The notes below the pieces were generated by a model that was not told the DNA's origin, did no database searches, and worked only from the letters and a program-made list of their open reading frames with translations. Of a stretch of 64,000 bases of DNA, positions 39,601 through 50,233 are shown in pieces (position 1 is the stretch's first letter; every line of letters begins with the position of its first letter). Both the position numbers and the translations under genes were made by a program. Source of the stretch: Schmidtea nova (Eukaryota); NCBI GenBank assembly GCA_044892505.1, contig CM097882.1, positions 312,790,001 to 312,854,000 of the forward strand. The letters run 5' to 3'.

Positions 39601-41230
39601 ACTCATAAACGTTGCTGTAAACACTGCTAAAACAATTGGATTTGAATATCGTCCAGAAAAGTGCGCTTATATGCAATACCCTAAAATAGAAACTGTAAGC
39701 GAGATTTCTGTCAACAACGTTCTTATAAAAAAGATTGCAACAAATGAATTTTACCAATACTTGGGAGTACCAATAGGTGACAATAATGACCAAAGTCCCT
39801 ATGAAATTCTAAGCAAAGTAATTGAAGACACAAAGAAAATAGCAAATTCTGATCTTTACGGCTGGCAAAAATTTAAAGCGTATAAGGTCTTTCTGCATTC
39901 TCGCTTGATTTTTCCATTTAGAACTAGGGAAATCAAAACAAGTTCTTTAGCTGATTCGAGTAAAAATTCAAAATTAAATGTAAATAATACGAGTATTTTG
40001 AGGAGTCATCTTAGAAAAATATTGCACTTGCCACACTACTCTGAGATTAGCTATTTTTATAATTCTACTGAAAACGGCGGTGCAGGCTGCATAGACTTAC
40101 TTGACGAGTATCATACACAGACAATCGTGTACTTTTTCCGCTTGTTAACATCAACGTGCGAATATTCGAAAAAGATAAATACTGACTCGCTTTTATTTGT
40201 CACAAGTCCGAGACTCGGAATCAAAAATCCAGTTCTTAAACAAAGTTTAGAATGGATAAATGGAAAAGAGAGCAAGAAAAACAACAGTGGTTGCAAAACT
40301 CGATTTTATCGGTTGCGATCATCCATTGCTTACTTTTCTAAAGTTCACAACATTAAATTGTTATTTGAAACAGTGAAAGGGAATCCTTCTATCCGTATAA
40401 CCACTACACTTAAGGGAACACGTATATTATTACCAACATTAAGAAAAGCCTTGTCAATGATTTTACATTCAGCTCTCCAGGATTCGTATCTCGAGAAATG
40501 GGAGAATAGCAATCATAATAATCTGCTTGTATCTGCGATTAAACTCTGTCCACTTGTCAACAAGCTTATTTTCCGCAGTGATTTGACAGAATTTGAATGG
40601 AGATTCGTCCATCGAGCAAGAACGAATACATTATCAATATTTGCGAAGCCATATAAAACTGGCGAAAATCGTCTTTGTCGTAGATGTAAGCTTGAAGATG
40701 AGACTTTATCACACGTTCTTCAAACTTGTAAAATGAACAAATCTTTGGCAACTAGTCGACATAACGCTTGCTTAGAAAAAATAAAAAGCGAGTTGAAAGA
40801 TCCAAACTTGTTAGTTGTTGCGGATCATAAATGTTCCCTAGTACCGACATCAACTGAACGCGTTGATTTAATAATAACCAATAATGATAAAAAGACCATA
40901 TTATTGGTAGACATGAAATGCCCAATCGATTCGGTGCCCAACTTTGACTTGGCTGATAAAAAAAACATAGAAAAGTATGATAAACTAAAATCGGAAATTA
41001 AAATAGCCAAACCCGATTATAAAGTTGAGTTGTTTACCTGCATCATAGGCTCATTAGGATCCATTGAAATTAAAACACCTGATCTTTTAGTAAAAATGGG
41101 CGTAAAAGAAAATAAAGTAAAACGTCTGATGAAAGAGTGTGCAATTAGCAATATTGCGCACTCGGCCAAAATTTGGTACTTTCATACCAATGGCTTTCTT
41201 CCAGATAATATAAGACAAACTTGTAAATAA
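36620..41230 (+). CDS. ORF2 protease/RT/RLE polyprotein, copy 5
   Basis: Intact, same motifs. Confidence 0.95.
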   Translation: MPASAQSSAIPSNETDAESTTKNNISTIDNRDPEVWFSDNDIDWYLENHIDNPMHGYIKCFIVNIICSNITEDIVEIPPSISNAEIVFCPLNINNSHWILFVYSKKMLSSYFIDPILANRQKPINKQMAQRINLKLNRFFNLNISVSRHPHKHLEYQNNSFDCGPFTCAYAVIISKDLNSFPNGFIEKIRTSVHENQNRMQITESTLFAGTNSKMDMTKINIKKALAKKKVITNTSDMTKVLNTQKPCVSSIISKYYESNSKITVLSAELTLNLIAQNTSFIADNVTFKQFKGIDHVISIIPKFNDWCLFVYSNKLDRSYMFDFNYRNIDERLIEIGEKITEYLNQFTLVSKIKFTPHHRISHPTFHSYDDQYFASSFIVFFEKLVFERILDNDKVYDSLSALKYQSCKDLSPSLSFINGKISDKIIEEYFASLNLSTKYILLNTTMCSALSDDCTEYLKDFVNIECMMKATVIFVIISPPRAHDLLMVIDYDADEHYLLSPVTNDLFVMTEGFCYKLLIKINEIRESTGRALKSRNCRHDVKGSGLFSRLLICAFIKYYAFDRSLENINLHEIGKIIYSLVPLVDKNDNAEEERRLKSKAVNSLKLNLKQRIEKANNLIISLEHASIDEIISGILSNIPRLKDLNTDHIRTPYLGTKIEKARKFKNSTEFLSNMKKTVYRILGNNTESIAPPFQEIIDTFSHPDTLPRNWENILKFTKSSKYSLELNPMTPKEILSSLCKADNTSPGLDNVCYKDLLLLDPECKLLAFLYNKILKLDIIPTSWKSFKTILIPKPDKNGQYHKIYSWRPIALLSVIYKVFASVLANRLSLWIRNNSMLHIGQKGGSEYEGCIEHNSILSAIVEHSKYSKSLPLTIAWLDIKDAFGSVPHDYMWTLLKHINVSDRFVGILKLLYTDTSSFYCCNKMQTPDIPIKKGVKQGCPISMILFAIAINPVLESINLSNVNPFTIGTSPVQVLAYADDIALIATNTSDLQILINVAVNTAKTIGFEYRPEKCAYMQYPKIETVSEISVNNVLIKKIATNEFYQYLGVPIGDNNDQSPYEILSKVIEDTKKIANSDLYGWQKFKAYKVFLHSRLIFPFRTREIKTSSLADSSKNSKLNVNNTSILRSHLRKILHLPHYSEISYFYNSTENGGAGCIDLLDEYHTQTIVYFFRLLTSTCEYSKKINTDSLLFVTSPRLGIKNPVLKQSLEWINGKESKKNNSGCKTRFYRLRSSIAYFSKVHNIKLLFETVKGNPSIRITTTLKGTRILLPTLRKALSMILHSALQDSYLEKWENSNHNNLLVSAIKLCPLVNKLIFRSDLTEFEWRFVHRARTNTLSIFAKPYKTGENRLCRRCKLEDETLSHVLQTCKMNKSLATSRHNACLEKIKSELKDPNLLVVADHKCSLVPTSTERVDLIITNNDKKTILLVDMKCPIDSVPNFDLADKKNIEKYDKLKSEIKIAKPDYKVELFTCIIGSLGSIEIKTPDLLVKMGVKENKVKRLMKECAISNIAHSAKIWYFHTNGFLPDNIRQTCK

Positions 41231-41584
41231 ATAATTATATATATATAAATATTTGCTTTTTAAACTCTGTAAATAAAATTTAAAGTAAATATTTTGTAAA
41301 GTAATTTTTGTATTAAATATCCAATCTTTTTAATCTGATAAATTGTCTTTGAGAGTTATTAAATTGGGAGACCAAGTATTCTGCAACGTATGTCACTTAT
41401 TCTAGACTTATCAACTTCAAAAGAATACAGTCGCAAAGCTGGATGACGAAATCCAAAGAACCAGAAACTTCCATTCAGATTGAACAATTATATTTTGACT
41501 GTGATTGTTTAGGGACTAATCCATGTTGATTAGATAATCTGTTAAAAAAAATATGTCAAACTTGTTATATTTAATAAATGTTTA

Positions 41585-41639
41585 TTATCACGTCTGCCTA
41601 ACACGCAGAAGGTCCCCGGTTCGATCCCGGGTCGAACCA
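41585..41639 (+). pseudogene. 3' fragment (nt 19-73) of tRNA-Val split by copy 5
   Basis: Starts with the TSD. Confidence 0.9.
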
Positions 41640-41819
41640 AATTTTTCTCAATTCATTATTTGACTTTTATTATATTTGCAACTCTTTTTTTAATTCATAA
41701 CGCAATTTTGTTGTTGAATTCTCTACTTTGTACATAAATTTTATTCAAGTGAATTCAGTACATTTTGTCAAGGTAATTCGAAAATCAAACATGCACAACA
41801 ATTGTTAGTTGAAACTGTC

Positions 41820-41892
41820 GGTTCGATGGTGTAGCGGTTATCACGTCTGCCTAACACGCAGAAGGTCCCCGGTTCGATCCCGGGTCGAACCA
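41820..41892 (+). tRNA. tRNA-Val(AAC)
   Basis: Intact. Confidence 0.96.
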
Positions 41893-42071
41893 AATTTTTC
41901 TCAATTCATTATTTGACTTTTATTATATTTGCAACTCTTTTTTAATTCATAACGCAATTTTGTTGTTGAATTCTCTACTTTGTACATAAATTTTATTCAA
42001 GTGAATTCAGTACATTTTGTCAAGGTAATTCGAAAATCAAACATGCACAACAATTGTTAGTTGAAACTGTC

Positions 42072-42144
42072 GGTTCGATGGTGTAGCGGTTATCACGTCT
42101 GCCTAACACGCAGAAGGTCCCCGGTTCGATCCCGGGTCGAACCA
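42072..42144 (+). tRNA. tRNA-Val(AAC)
   Basis: Intact; preceding spacer 1 bp shorter (T-run). Confidence 0.96.
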
Positions 42145-42324
42145 AATTTTTCTCAATTCATTATTTGACTTTTATTATATTTGCAACTCTTTTTTTAATT
42201 CATAACGCAATTTTGTTGTTGAATTCTCTACTTTGTACATAAATTTTATTCAAGTGAATTCAGTACATTTTGTCAAGGTAATTCGAAAATCAAACATGCA
42301 CAACAATTGTTAGTTGAAACTGTC

Positions 42325-42355
42325 GGTTCGATGGTGTAGCGGTTATCACGTCTGC
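42325..42355 (+). pseudogene. 5' half (nt 1-31) of tRNA-Val split by copy 6
   Basis: Ends in the TSD, then TTCGATG. Confidence 0.9.
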
Positions 42356-42359
42356 TTCG

Positions 42360-44993
42360 ATGACTCAATCACCTGCTGCTCAGTCAACTGCTGCTGATGT
42401 AATGACTCAGTCTATTGCAAATCAGTCAACTGTGACGAAGCAATATGAATTAGAAAACATTCTCAAATATCAAATTTCCAGTTTGCAATGCTTTCAATCG
42501 ATTTTGGATTATTTTTCTCAACTAAATGGTGGAAATCTCGCTACTGCCTCAGTTCTATCTGATGCGAATGCAAGTCAACGGAGTTCTTTCGATCAAGGAT
42601 CTAAAATTTCTCAAAACCAATCTGATAATATGCCACTTTCTTATGCTGATATTGAGACTAAATTCACTAAATCAAAGGATTTACTGATTGTCAAGCGCCT
42701 GGATTCATTGGAGTCTCAATTTATGAATATGGCTGAAAAGTTAGATTATTTGGTTTCTTTTTTTAATGGCTCTGTTGATGATTTATCAGATTTTCCTAAA
42801 GTAAATGAAAATAATTTAAATAATAATCCTTTCAATAAAAATAAAGTTTTTGATATCAAAGATAAATTAATTGTAAATAATGTAGTTTTAGATAAATCAA
42901 ATATTTCAGAATTTATTGAAAATAATATTGCTAAAATTCCTAATAGTTTAATTGATGTAAATAATAAAATGTGTAATTCAAATAATAAATTTCTAAATAA
43001 CCCTAATAAAGAGAATGTTAAACATTTTAATAATCCCAAAGAAACATCTTCAATTGATTTGACTAACGATAAAATTATGCCAAATGAAAACATAGAAATA
43101 ATTATTAAAAATAATAAAAAATCTGTTAAAATTATAGAACCTAATAAAACAACTAAACAGAAGTATGATAAATTTGAATTTAAAAATCTGGTTCGTATTT
43201 TAACGAAAAGGGAACGCCAGAAAATCTTGAATGCCTTCCCTGCTTTAATACAACTAATTAAAAAGAAAGAATCACAGAGTAAATATTTTGAAATTAATAA
43301 ATTTCTTTCGAGCAAAGATTTTAATGTGAATCACTTGAATTTAATTAATTTTGATTATTTTTTCTATAGAAATTGTAATCTTTGTGTATCTTTAAAATTG
43401 TACAACGCTCCTGTCATTTCATCAGCACCAAAACCAGTTGTTTTAAAAACTATTAAATTAATTGACCATAATATCGTCAAAATAAATTCTGAAATCCCTG
43501 ACTTTGTTCGAGCTCCAATGTCAATTCGAAGATTTTTATTCAATCTTTCGCACGATCTTTCAAACACTGTTTCCATCAAGGATGAGAAACACAGGGGAAA
43601 TAAAATAAATAACATTCTTACTTCAATGAAACATAAACAACAATTACCAGATTATTTAATAAAATCAAACATTAAATACAAAAATGGTGAGTTCCTATTA
43701 TTAGATTTGACTAACGATAAAATCAAATTGAACGACGATAATAACTTGATAAAATCAAATTTTTCTGAACTTACTAGAAGTCAGATTAAAAATCTTTACT
43801 ATTCTTATCCTTCTCTTAAGGAAGTTTGTTTCGTTGAAAATCTTGAAACAAGATCATCATCCGTTAGTAAAATTATCGAATCTTTAAAGTTAATTAATGA
43901 ATTTCCAAAAAATATCATTTTTAAAGAGGGTAAATTTTATCAGTCTGATAAAAGAACAATCTCACCTAGTAGTTCTCCTGACATAATGTTCAACCTTGGT
44001 CTTTTTAATTTAGCTAGTATGAGTAGAAAAGATTGTGAATTAAAATCCATTTTAGAGAAGACTGGTTGTGACTTTAAAATAGTTGAAATAATATTCTACC
44101 TCAACTATTTAGGCTTGACTCAATCTTTAGAATTTTGCAAAAATCAAACTTATTCTGATTATGTGAGGAATTACGTCTGCAATTGCTGCTTGATAAACTC
44201 ACTCTGTAGTATTGCTGATGTTGATTCGCTTTCATCTGATGATTTTGAGGGTTGGGCGACCGAAATTGTTCAGAAAATCCCAGTTTCTTCCTATTACTTC
44301 AATAGCTGCCAGGAAAAGCTTTTAAAGCTGAAGCAATGGGACATTTCAACTAAAATCAAAAGAATCCATAACGTTATTTCACCTGAAATAATATCTTATT
44401 TAAATAACTTTCTTGACTCTGTAGACGTAAAATTTCCATCTAAGTCTCAACAACATAATATTCTAATTAAATTAATGAAAGCTATCAATGACATTAAAAT
44501 CTTTGATGACATACACGGAAATAAAGCAAAAAGACTTGTTTACTTTTTGCTAAGAGATGCCAAGAAATATTTGAATAAAAATCAACGATTCAGATTATTT
44601 GAATCGAGCAATAAATATTGCACTTCAGAGATGGAGAATATAATTTCAGTAATAATTGAGAACCTTACCAAAGTTACTGACCATGAAGTTACTACTCCTG
44701 AAATCACAGTTGAAGAAACGCCAATTGAAATAACTTGTGATCCTGAACCTATCGTCTTGATTAAGGAAATAAACTGTTTAAAATGTAACAATATCATCGA
44801 AAAATGTATTCTTGTTAGAGATGGAACAAACGTCAACATCTGTGAAAGCTGTCTATTTGACGCAATTACCTTTGAAAAGCCGATTCCTGAAGCTACTAAT
44901 TCGGATATCGAAGAAAATATAGAAACAAATAGTAAGAAATCTTGTCCAAGACCTAGAAAAACAGACAAGAAAACATTAACCAAAGCAAAATGA
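42360..44993 (+). CDS. ORF1 protein, copy 6
   Basis: 877 aa intact. Confidence 0.88.
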   Translation: MTQSPAAQSTAADVMTQSIANQSTVTKQYELENILKYQISSLQCFQSILDYFSQLNGGNLATASVLSDANASQRSSFDQGSKISQNQSDNMPLSYADIETKFTKSKDLLIVKRLDSLESQFMNMAEKLDYLVSFFNGSVDDLSDFPKVNENNLNNNPFNKNKVFDIKDKLIVNNVVLDKSNISEFIENNIAKIPNSLIDVNNKMCNSNNKFLNNPNKENVKHFNNPKETSSIDLTNDKIMPNENIEIIIKNNKKSVKIIEPNKTTKQKYDKFEFKNLVRILTKRERQKILNAFPALIQLIKKKESQSKYFEINKFLSSKDFNVNHLNLINFDYFFYRNCNLCVSLKLYNAPVISSAPKPVVLKTIKLIDHNIVKINSEIPDFVRAPMSIRRFLFNLSHDLSNTVSIKDEKHRGNKINNILTSMKHKQQLPDYLIKSNIKYKNGEFLLLDLTNDKIKLNDDNNLIKSNFSELTRSQIKNLYYSYPSLKEVCFVENLETRSSSVSKIIESLKLINEFPKNIIFKEGKFYQSDKRTISPSSSPDIMFNLGLFNLASMSRKDCELKSILEKTGCDFKIVEIIFYLNYLGLTQSLEFCKNQTYSDYVRNYVCNCCLINSLCSIADVDSLSSDDFEGWATEIVQKIPVSSYYFNSCQEKLLKLKQWDISTKIKRIHNVISPEIISYLNNFLDSVDVKFPSKSQQHNILIKLMKAINDIKIFDDIHGNKAKRLVYFLLRDAKKYLNKNQRFRLFESSNKYCTSEMENIISVIIENLTKVTDHEVTTPEITVEETPIEITCDPEPIVLIKEINCLKCNNIIEKCILVRDGTNVNICESCLFDAITFEKPIPEATNSDIEENIETNSKKSCPRPRKTDKKTLTKAK

Positions 44994-44999
44994 AGATGT

Positions 45000-47900
45000 G
45001 TGCCTGCATCAGCTCAATCGTCTGCCATTCCCTCTAATGAGACTGATGCAGAGAGCACAACTAAAAATAATATTTCAACTATCGACAATCGTGATCCTGA
45101 AGTGTGGTTTTCTGATAATGATATTGATTGGTATCTTGAAAACCACATTGATAATCCAATGCATGGATATATTAAATGCTTTATAGTAAATATCATCTGT
45201 TCTAACATCACAGAAGATATTGTTGAAATTCCACCATCTATTAGCAATGCTGAAATTGTATTTTGTCCACTCAACATTAACAATTCGCACTGGATTCTTT
45301 TTGTTTATAGTAAGAAAATGTTATCTTCTTACTTTATTGACCCAATCCTTGCAAACAGACAAAAGCCAATCAATAAACAAATGGCTCAGAGAATTAACCT
45401 AAAACTGAATAGATTTTTTAATCTAAATATATCTGTGTCCCGACATCCACACAAACATCTTGAATATCAAAATAACAGCTTTGATTGTGGCCCATTTACG
45501 TGTGCTTATGCTGTGATTATCAGTAAAGATTTGAACAGCTTTCCAAATGGGTTCATAGAGAAAATTCGTACCAGTGTGCATGAAAATCAAAATCGTATGC
45601 AAATAACCGAATCCACCTTATTCGCTGGTACTAACTCCAAGATGGACATGACCAAAATAAATATCAAGAAAGCCCTTGCAAAAAAGAAAGTCATCACCAA
45701 CACCTCAGATATGACCAAAGTATTGAACACTCAAAAACCGTGTGTGTCATCAATAATTAGTAAATATTACGAAAGTAATTCTAAAATAACAGTCTTATCT
45801 GCTGAACTAACTTTAAACCTAATTGCACAAAATACCTCCTTCATAGCTGATAATGTCACTTTCAAGCAGTTCAAAGGAATCGATCATGTTATAAGCATCA
45901 TTCCTAAATTTAACGATTGGTGTCTCTTTGTCTATTCGAATAAACTTGACAGGAGCTACATGTTCGACTTCAATTATCGAAACATTGATGAAAGGCTAAT
46001 TGAAATTGGTGAAAAGATAACTGAATATCTGAATCAATTCACTCTTGTTTCTAAAATAAAATTCACACCTCATCATAGAATTTCTCATCCAACATTTCAT
46101 TCTTACGATGATCAATATTTTGCAAGTTCTTTTATTGTATTTTTTGAGAAACTTGTCTTTGAAAGAATACTGGACAATGATAAGGTTTATGACTCATTAA
46201 GTGCTCTAAAATATCAGTCTTGTAAAGATCTTTCTCCTAGCTTAAGTTTCATTAATGGTAAAATATCCGACAAAATTATTGAGGAATATTTTGCTAGCCT
46301 AAACTTATCGACCAAATATATTCTTCTAAACACAACAATGTGTAGTGCGCTTTCAGATGATTGCACTGAATACTTGAAAGACTTTGTAAACATTGAGTGC
46401 ATGATGAAGGCTACTGTAATCTTTGTAATCATTTCTCCTCCAAGAGCCCACGACTTGCTCATGGTTATTGATTACGACGCTGATGAGCACTATTTATTAA
46501 GCCCAGTCACTAATGACTTGTTCGTTATGACTGAAGGATTCTGCTATAAATTACTAATTAAAATTAATGAGATTAGAGAGAGCACAGGACGTGCCTTGAA
46601 ATCGCGTAATTGTCGACATGACGTTAAAGGTTCTGGCTTATTTAGTAGGTTATTAATCTGTGCCTTTATTAAATATTATGCATTTGACCGATCTCTAGAA
46701 AATATCAATCTACATGAAATTGGCAAAATTATCTACTCACTTGTGCCATTAGTTGATAAAAATGATAATGCTGAGGAAGAAAGACGACTAAAATCAAAAG
46801 CTGTAAACTCTTTAAAACTAAATTTAAAACAGCGAATAGAAAAAGCCAATAATCTTATAATTTCACTTGAACACGCCAGTATTGATGAAATCATAAGTGG
46901 CATTCTTTCAAATATTCCTCGTCTTAAAGATTTGAACACCGATCACATTCGTACACCATATTTAGGTACTAAAATAGAAAAAGCTAGAAAATTCAAAAAT
47001 TCCACTGAATTTCTGTCAAACATGAAAAAGACTGTGTATAGGATTTTGGGTAACAACACAGAATCAATTGCACCTCCTTTTCAGGAAATTATTGACACTT
47101 TCAGTCATCCTGATACATTACCTAGAAATTGGGAAAACATCTTAAAATTCACTAAGAGTTCTAAATATAGTCTTGAATTAAATCCAATGACACCTAAAGA
47201 AATCCTTTCAAGTCTTTGCAAAGCTGACAACACTTCTCCAGGTCTTGATAATGTTTGTTATAAAGATCTTTTGTTATTAGACCCTGAATGTAAATTGCTA
47301 GCTTTTCTGTACAATAAAATCCTAAAATTAGACATTATTCCTACAAGTTGGAAATCATTTAAAACCATACTAATCCCCAAACCAGATAAAAATGGCCAAT
47401 ATCATAAAATATATTCTTGGCGACCAATTGCCTTATTATCTGTCATTTACAAAGTCTTCGCTTCAGTTTTGGCAAATCGTCTAAGCTTATGGATAAGAAA
47501 TAATTCCATGTTACACATTGGCCAAAAGGGTGGTTCGGAGTACGAAGGATGTATTGAACACAACTCTATTCTTTCTGCTATCGTCGAACATTCAAAATAC
47601 AGCAAGTCTTTACCTTTAACGATAGCTTGGCTAGACATCAAAGATGCCTTCGGAAGTGTTCCACATGACTACATGTGGACACTGTTAAAACACATAAATG
47701 TTAGTGATAGGTTTGTAGGAATTTTAAAACTGCTCTATACTGATACAAGCTCGTTTTATTGTTGCAATAAAATGCAGACACCGGATATTCCAATAAAGAA
47801 AGGAGTTAAACAAGGTTGTCCGATCTCAATGATATTGTTTGCAATAGCTATTAACCCAGTACTTGAGTCTATTAATCTATCAAACGTTAATCCTTTTACG

Positions 47901-49610
47901 ATTGGAACATCTCCGGTACAGGTGTTGGCTTATGCGGATGATATCGCACTTATCGCGACAAATACCTCTGATCTGCAAATACTCATAAACGTTGCTGTAA
48001 ACACTGCTAAAACAATTGGATTTGAATATCGTCCAGAAAAGTGCGCTTATATGCAATACCCTAAAATAGAAACTGTAAGCGAGATTTCTGTCAACAACGT
48101 TCTTATAAAAAAGATTGCAACAAATGAATTTTACCAATACTTGGGAGTACCAATAGGTGACAATAATGACCAAAGTCCCTATGAAATTCTAAGCAAAGTA
48201 ATTGAAGACACAAAGAAAATAGCAAATTCTGATCTTTACGGCTGGCAAAAATTTAAAGCGTATAAGGTCTTTCTGCATTCTCGCTTGATTTTTCCATTTA
48301 GAACTAGGGAAATCAAAACAAGTTCTTTAGCTGATTCGAGTAAAAATTCAAAATTAAATGTAAATAATACGAGTATTTTGAGGAGTCATCTTAGAAAAAT
48401 ATTGCACTTGCCACACTACTCTGAGATTAGCTATTTTTATAATTCTACTGAAAACGGCGGTGCAGGCTGCATAGACTTACTTGACGAGTATCATACACAG
48501 ACAATCGTGTACTTTTTCCGCTTGTTAACATCAACGTGCGAATATTCGAAAAAGATAAATACTGACTCGCTTTTATTTGTCACAAGTCCGAGACTCGGAA
48601 TCAAAAATCCAGTTCTTAAACAAAGTTTAGAATGGATAAATGGAAAAGAGAGCAAGAAAAACAACAGTGGTTGCAAAACTCGATTTTATCGGTTGCGATC
48701 ATCCATTGCTTACTTTTCTAAAGTTCACAACATTAAATTGTTATTTGAAACAGTGAAAGGGAATCCTTCTATCCGTATAACCACTACACTTAAGGGAACA
48801 CGTATATTATTACCAACATTAAGAAAAGCCTTGTCAATGATTTTACATTCAGCTCTCCAGGATTCGTATCTCGAGAAATGGGAGAATAGCAATCATAATA
48901 ATCTGCTTGTATCTGCGATTAAACTCTGTCCACTTGTCAACAAGCTTATTTTCCGCAGTGATTTGACAGAATTTGAATGGAGATTCGTCCATCGAGCAAG
49001 AACGAATACATTATCAATATTTGCGAAGCCATATAAAACTGGCGAAAATCGTCTTTGTCGTAGATGTAAGCTTGAAGATGAGACTTTATCACACGTTCTT
49101 CAAACTTGTAAAATGAACAAATCTTTGGCAACTAGTCGACATAACGCTTGCTTAGAAAAAATAAAAAGCGAGTTGAAAGATCCAAACTTGTTAGTTGTTG
49201 CGGATCATAAATGTTCCCTAGTACCGACATCAACTGAACGCGTTGATTTAATAATAACCAATAATGATAAAAAGACCATATTATTGGTAGACATGAAATG
49301 CCCAATCGATTCGGTGCCCAACTTTGACTTGGCTGATAAAAAAAACATAGAAAAGTATGATAAACTAAAATCGGAAATTAAAATAGCCAAACCCGATTAT
49401 AAAGTTGAGTTGTTTACCTGCATCATAGGCTCATTAGGATCCATTGAAATTAAAACACCTGATCTTTTAGTAAAAATGGGCGTAAAAGAAAATAAAGTAA
49501 AACGTCTGATGAAAGAGTGTGCAATTAGCAATATTGCGCACTCGGCCAAAATTTGGTACTTTCATACCAATGGCTTTCTTCCAGATAATATAAGACAAAC
49601 TTGTAAATAA
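45000..49610 (+). CDS. ORF2 protease/RT/RLE polyprotein, copy 6
   Basis: Intact, same motifs. Confidence 0.95.
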   Translation: MPASAQSSAIPSNETDAESTTKNNISTIDNRDPEVWFSDNDIDWYLENHIDNPMHGYIKCFIVNIICSNITEDIVEIPPSISNAEIVFCPLNINNSHWILFVYSKKMLSSYFIDPILANRQKPINKQMAQRINLKLNRFFNLNISVSRHPHKHLEYQNNSFDCGPFTCAYAVIISKDLNSFPNGFIEKIRTSVHENQNRMQITESTLFAGTNSKMDMTKINIKKALAKKKVITNTSDMTKVLNTQKPCVSSIISKYYESNSKITVLSAELTLNLIAQNTSFIADNVTFKQFKGIDHVISIIPKFNDWCLFVYSNKLDRSYMFDFNYRNIDERLIEIGEKITEYLNQFTLVSKIKFTPHHRISHPTFHSYDDQYFASSFIVFFEKLVFERILDNDKVYDSLSALKYQSCKDLSPSLSFINGKISDKIIEEYFASLNLSTKYILLNTTMCSALSDDCTEYLKDFVNIECMMKATVIFVIISPPRAHDLLMVIDYDADEHYLLSPVTNDLFVMTEGFCYKLLIKINEIRESTGRALKSRNCRHDVKGSGLFSRLLICAFIKYYAFDRSLENINLHEIGKIIYSLVPLVDKNDNAEEERRLKSKAVNSLKLNLKQRIEKANNLIISLEHASIDEIISGILSNIPRLKDLNTDHIRTPYLGTKIEKARKFKNSTEFLSNMKKTVYRILGNNTESIAPPFQEIIDTFSHPDTLPRNWENILKFTKSSKYSLELNPMTPKEILSSLCKADNTSPGLDNVCYKDLLLLDPECKLLAFLYNKILKLDIIPTSWKSFKTILIPKPDKNGQYHKIYSWRPIALLSVIYKVFASVLANRLSLWIRNNSMLHIGQKGGSEYEGCIEHNSILSAIVEHSKYSKSLPLTIAWLDIKDAFGSVPHDYMWTLLKHINVSDRFVGILKLLYTDTSSFYCCNKMQTPDIPIKKGVKQGCPISMILFAIAINPVLESINLSNVNPFTIGTSPVQVLAYADDIALIATNTSDLQILINVAVNTAKTIGFEYRPEKCAYMQYPKIETVSEISVNNVLIKKIATNEFYQYLGVPIGDNNDQSPYEILSKVIEDTKKIANSDLYGWQKFKAYKVFLHSRLIFPFRTREIKTSSLADSSKNSKLNVNNTSILRSHLRKILHLPHYSEISYFYNSTENGGAGCIDLLDEYHTQTIVYFFRLLTSTCEYSKKINTDSLLFVTSPRLGIKNPVLKQSLEWINGKESKKNNSGCKTRFYRLRSSIAYFSKVHNIKLLFETVKGNPSIRITTTLKGTRILLPTLRKALSMILHSALQDSYLEKWENSNHNNLLVSAIKLCPLVNKLIFRSDLTEFEWRFVHRARTNTLSIFAKPYKTGENRLCRRCKLEDETLSHVLQTCKMNKSLATSRHNACLEKIKSELKDPNLLVVADHKCSLVPTSTERVDLIITNNDKKTILLVDMKCPIDSVPNFDLADKKNIEKYDKLKSEIKIAKPDYKVELFTCIIGSLGSIEIKTPDLLVKMGVKENKVKRLMKECAISNIAHSAKIWYFHTNGFLPDNIRQTCK

Positions 49611-49963
49611 ATAATTATATATATATAAATATTTGCTTTTTAAACTCTGTAAATAAAATTTAAAGTAAATATTTTGTAAAGTAATTTTTGTATTAAATAT
49701 CCAATCTTTTTAATCTGATAAATTGTCTTTGAGAGTTATTAAATTGGGAGACCAAGTATTCTGCAACGTATGTCACTTATTCTAGACTTATCAACTTCAA
49801 AAGAATACAGTCGCAAAGCTGGATGACGAAATCCAAAGAACCAGAAACTTCCATTCAGATTGAACAATTATATTTTGACTGTGATTGTTTAGGGACTAAT
49901 CCATGTTGATTAGATAATCTGTAAAAAAAATATGTCAAACTTGTTATATTTAATAAATGTTTA

Positions 49964-50018
49964 TTATCACGTCTGCCTAACACGCAGAAGGTCCCCGGTT
50001 CGATCCTGGGTCGAACCA
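49964..50018 (+). pseudogene. 3' fragment (nt 19-73) of tRNA-Val split by copy 6
   Basis: Starts with the TSD; C62T at 50007. Confidence 0.9.
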
Positions 50019-50198
50019 AATTTTTCTCAATTCATTATTTGACTTTTATTAAATTTGCAACTCTTTTTTAAATTCATAACGCAATTTTGTTGTTGAATTC
50101 TCTACTTTGTACATAAATTTTATTCAAGTGAATTCAGTACATTTGGTCAAGGTAATTCGAAAATCAAACATGCACAACAATTGTTAGTTGAAACTGTC

Positions 50199-50229
50199 GG
50201 TTCGATGGTGTAGCGGTTATCACGTCTGC
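50199..50229 (+). pseudogene. 5' half (nt 1-31) of tRNA-Val split by copy 7
   Basis: Ends in the TSD. Confidence 0.9.
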
Positions 50230-50233
50230 TTCG

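Larger units (their letters stand above)
33976..41584 (+). mobile_element. Retrotransposon copy 5 (full length, class B 5' junction, 13-bp TSD)
   Basis: TTATCACGTCTGC at 33963-33975 and 41585-41597. Confidence 0.95.
42356..49963 (+). mobile_element. Retrotransposon copy 6 (full length, class B, 13-bp TSD)
   Basis: TSD at 42343-42355 and 49964-49976; proteins identical to copy 5. Confidence 0.95.
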
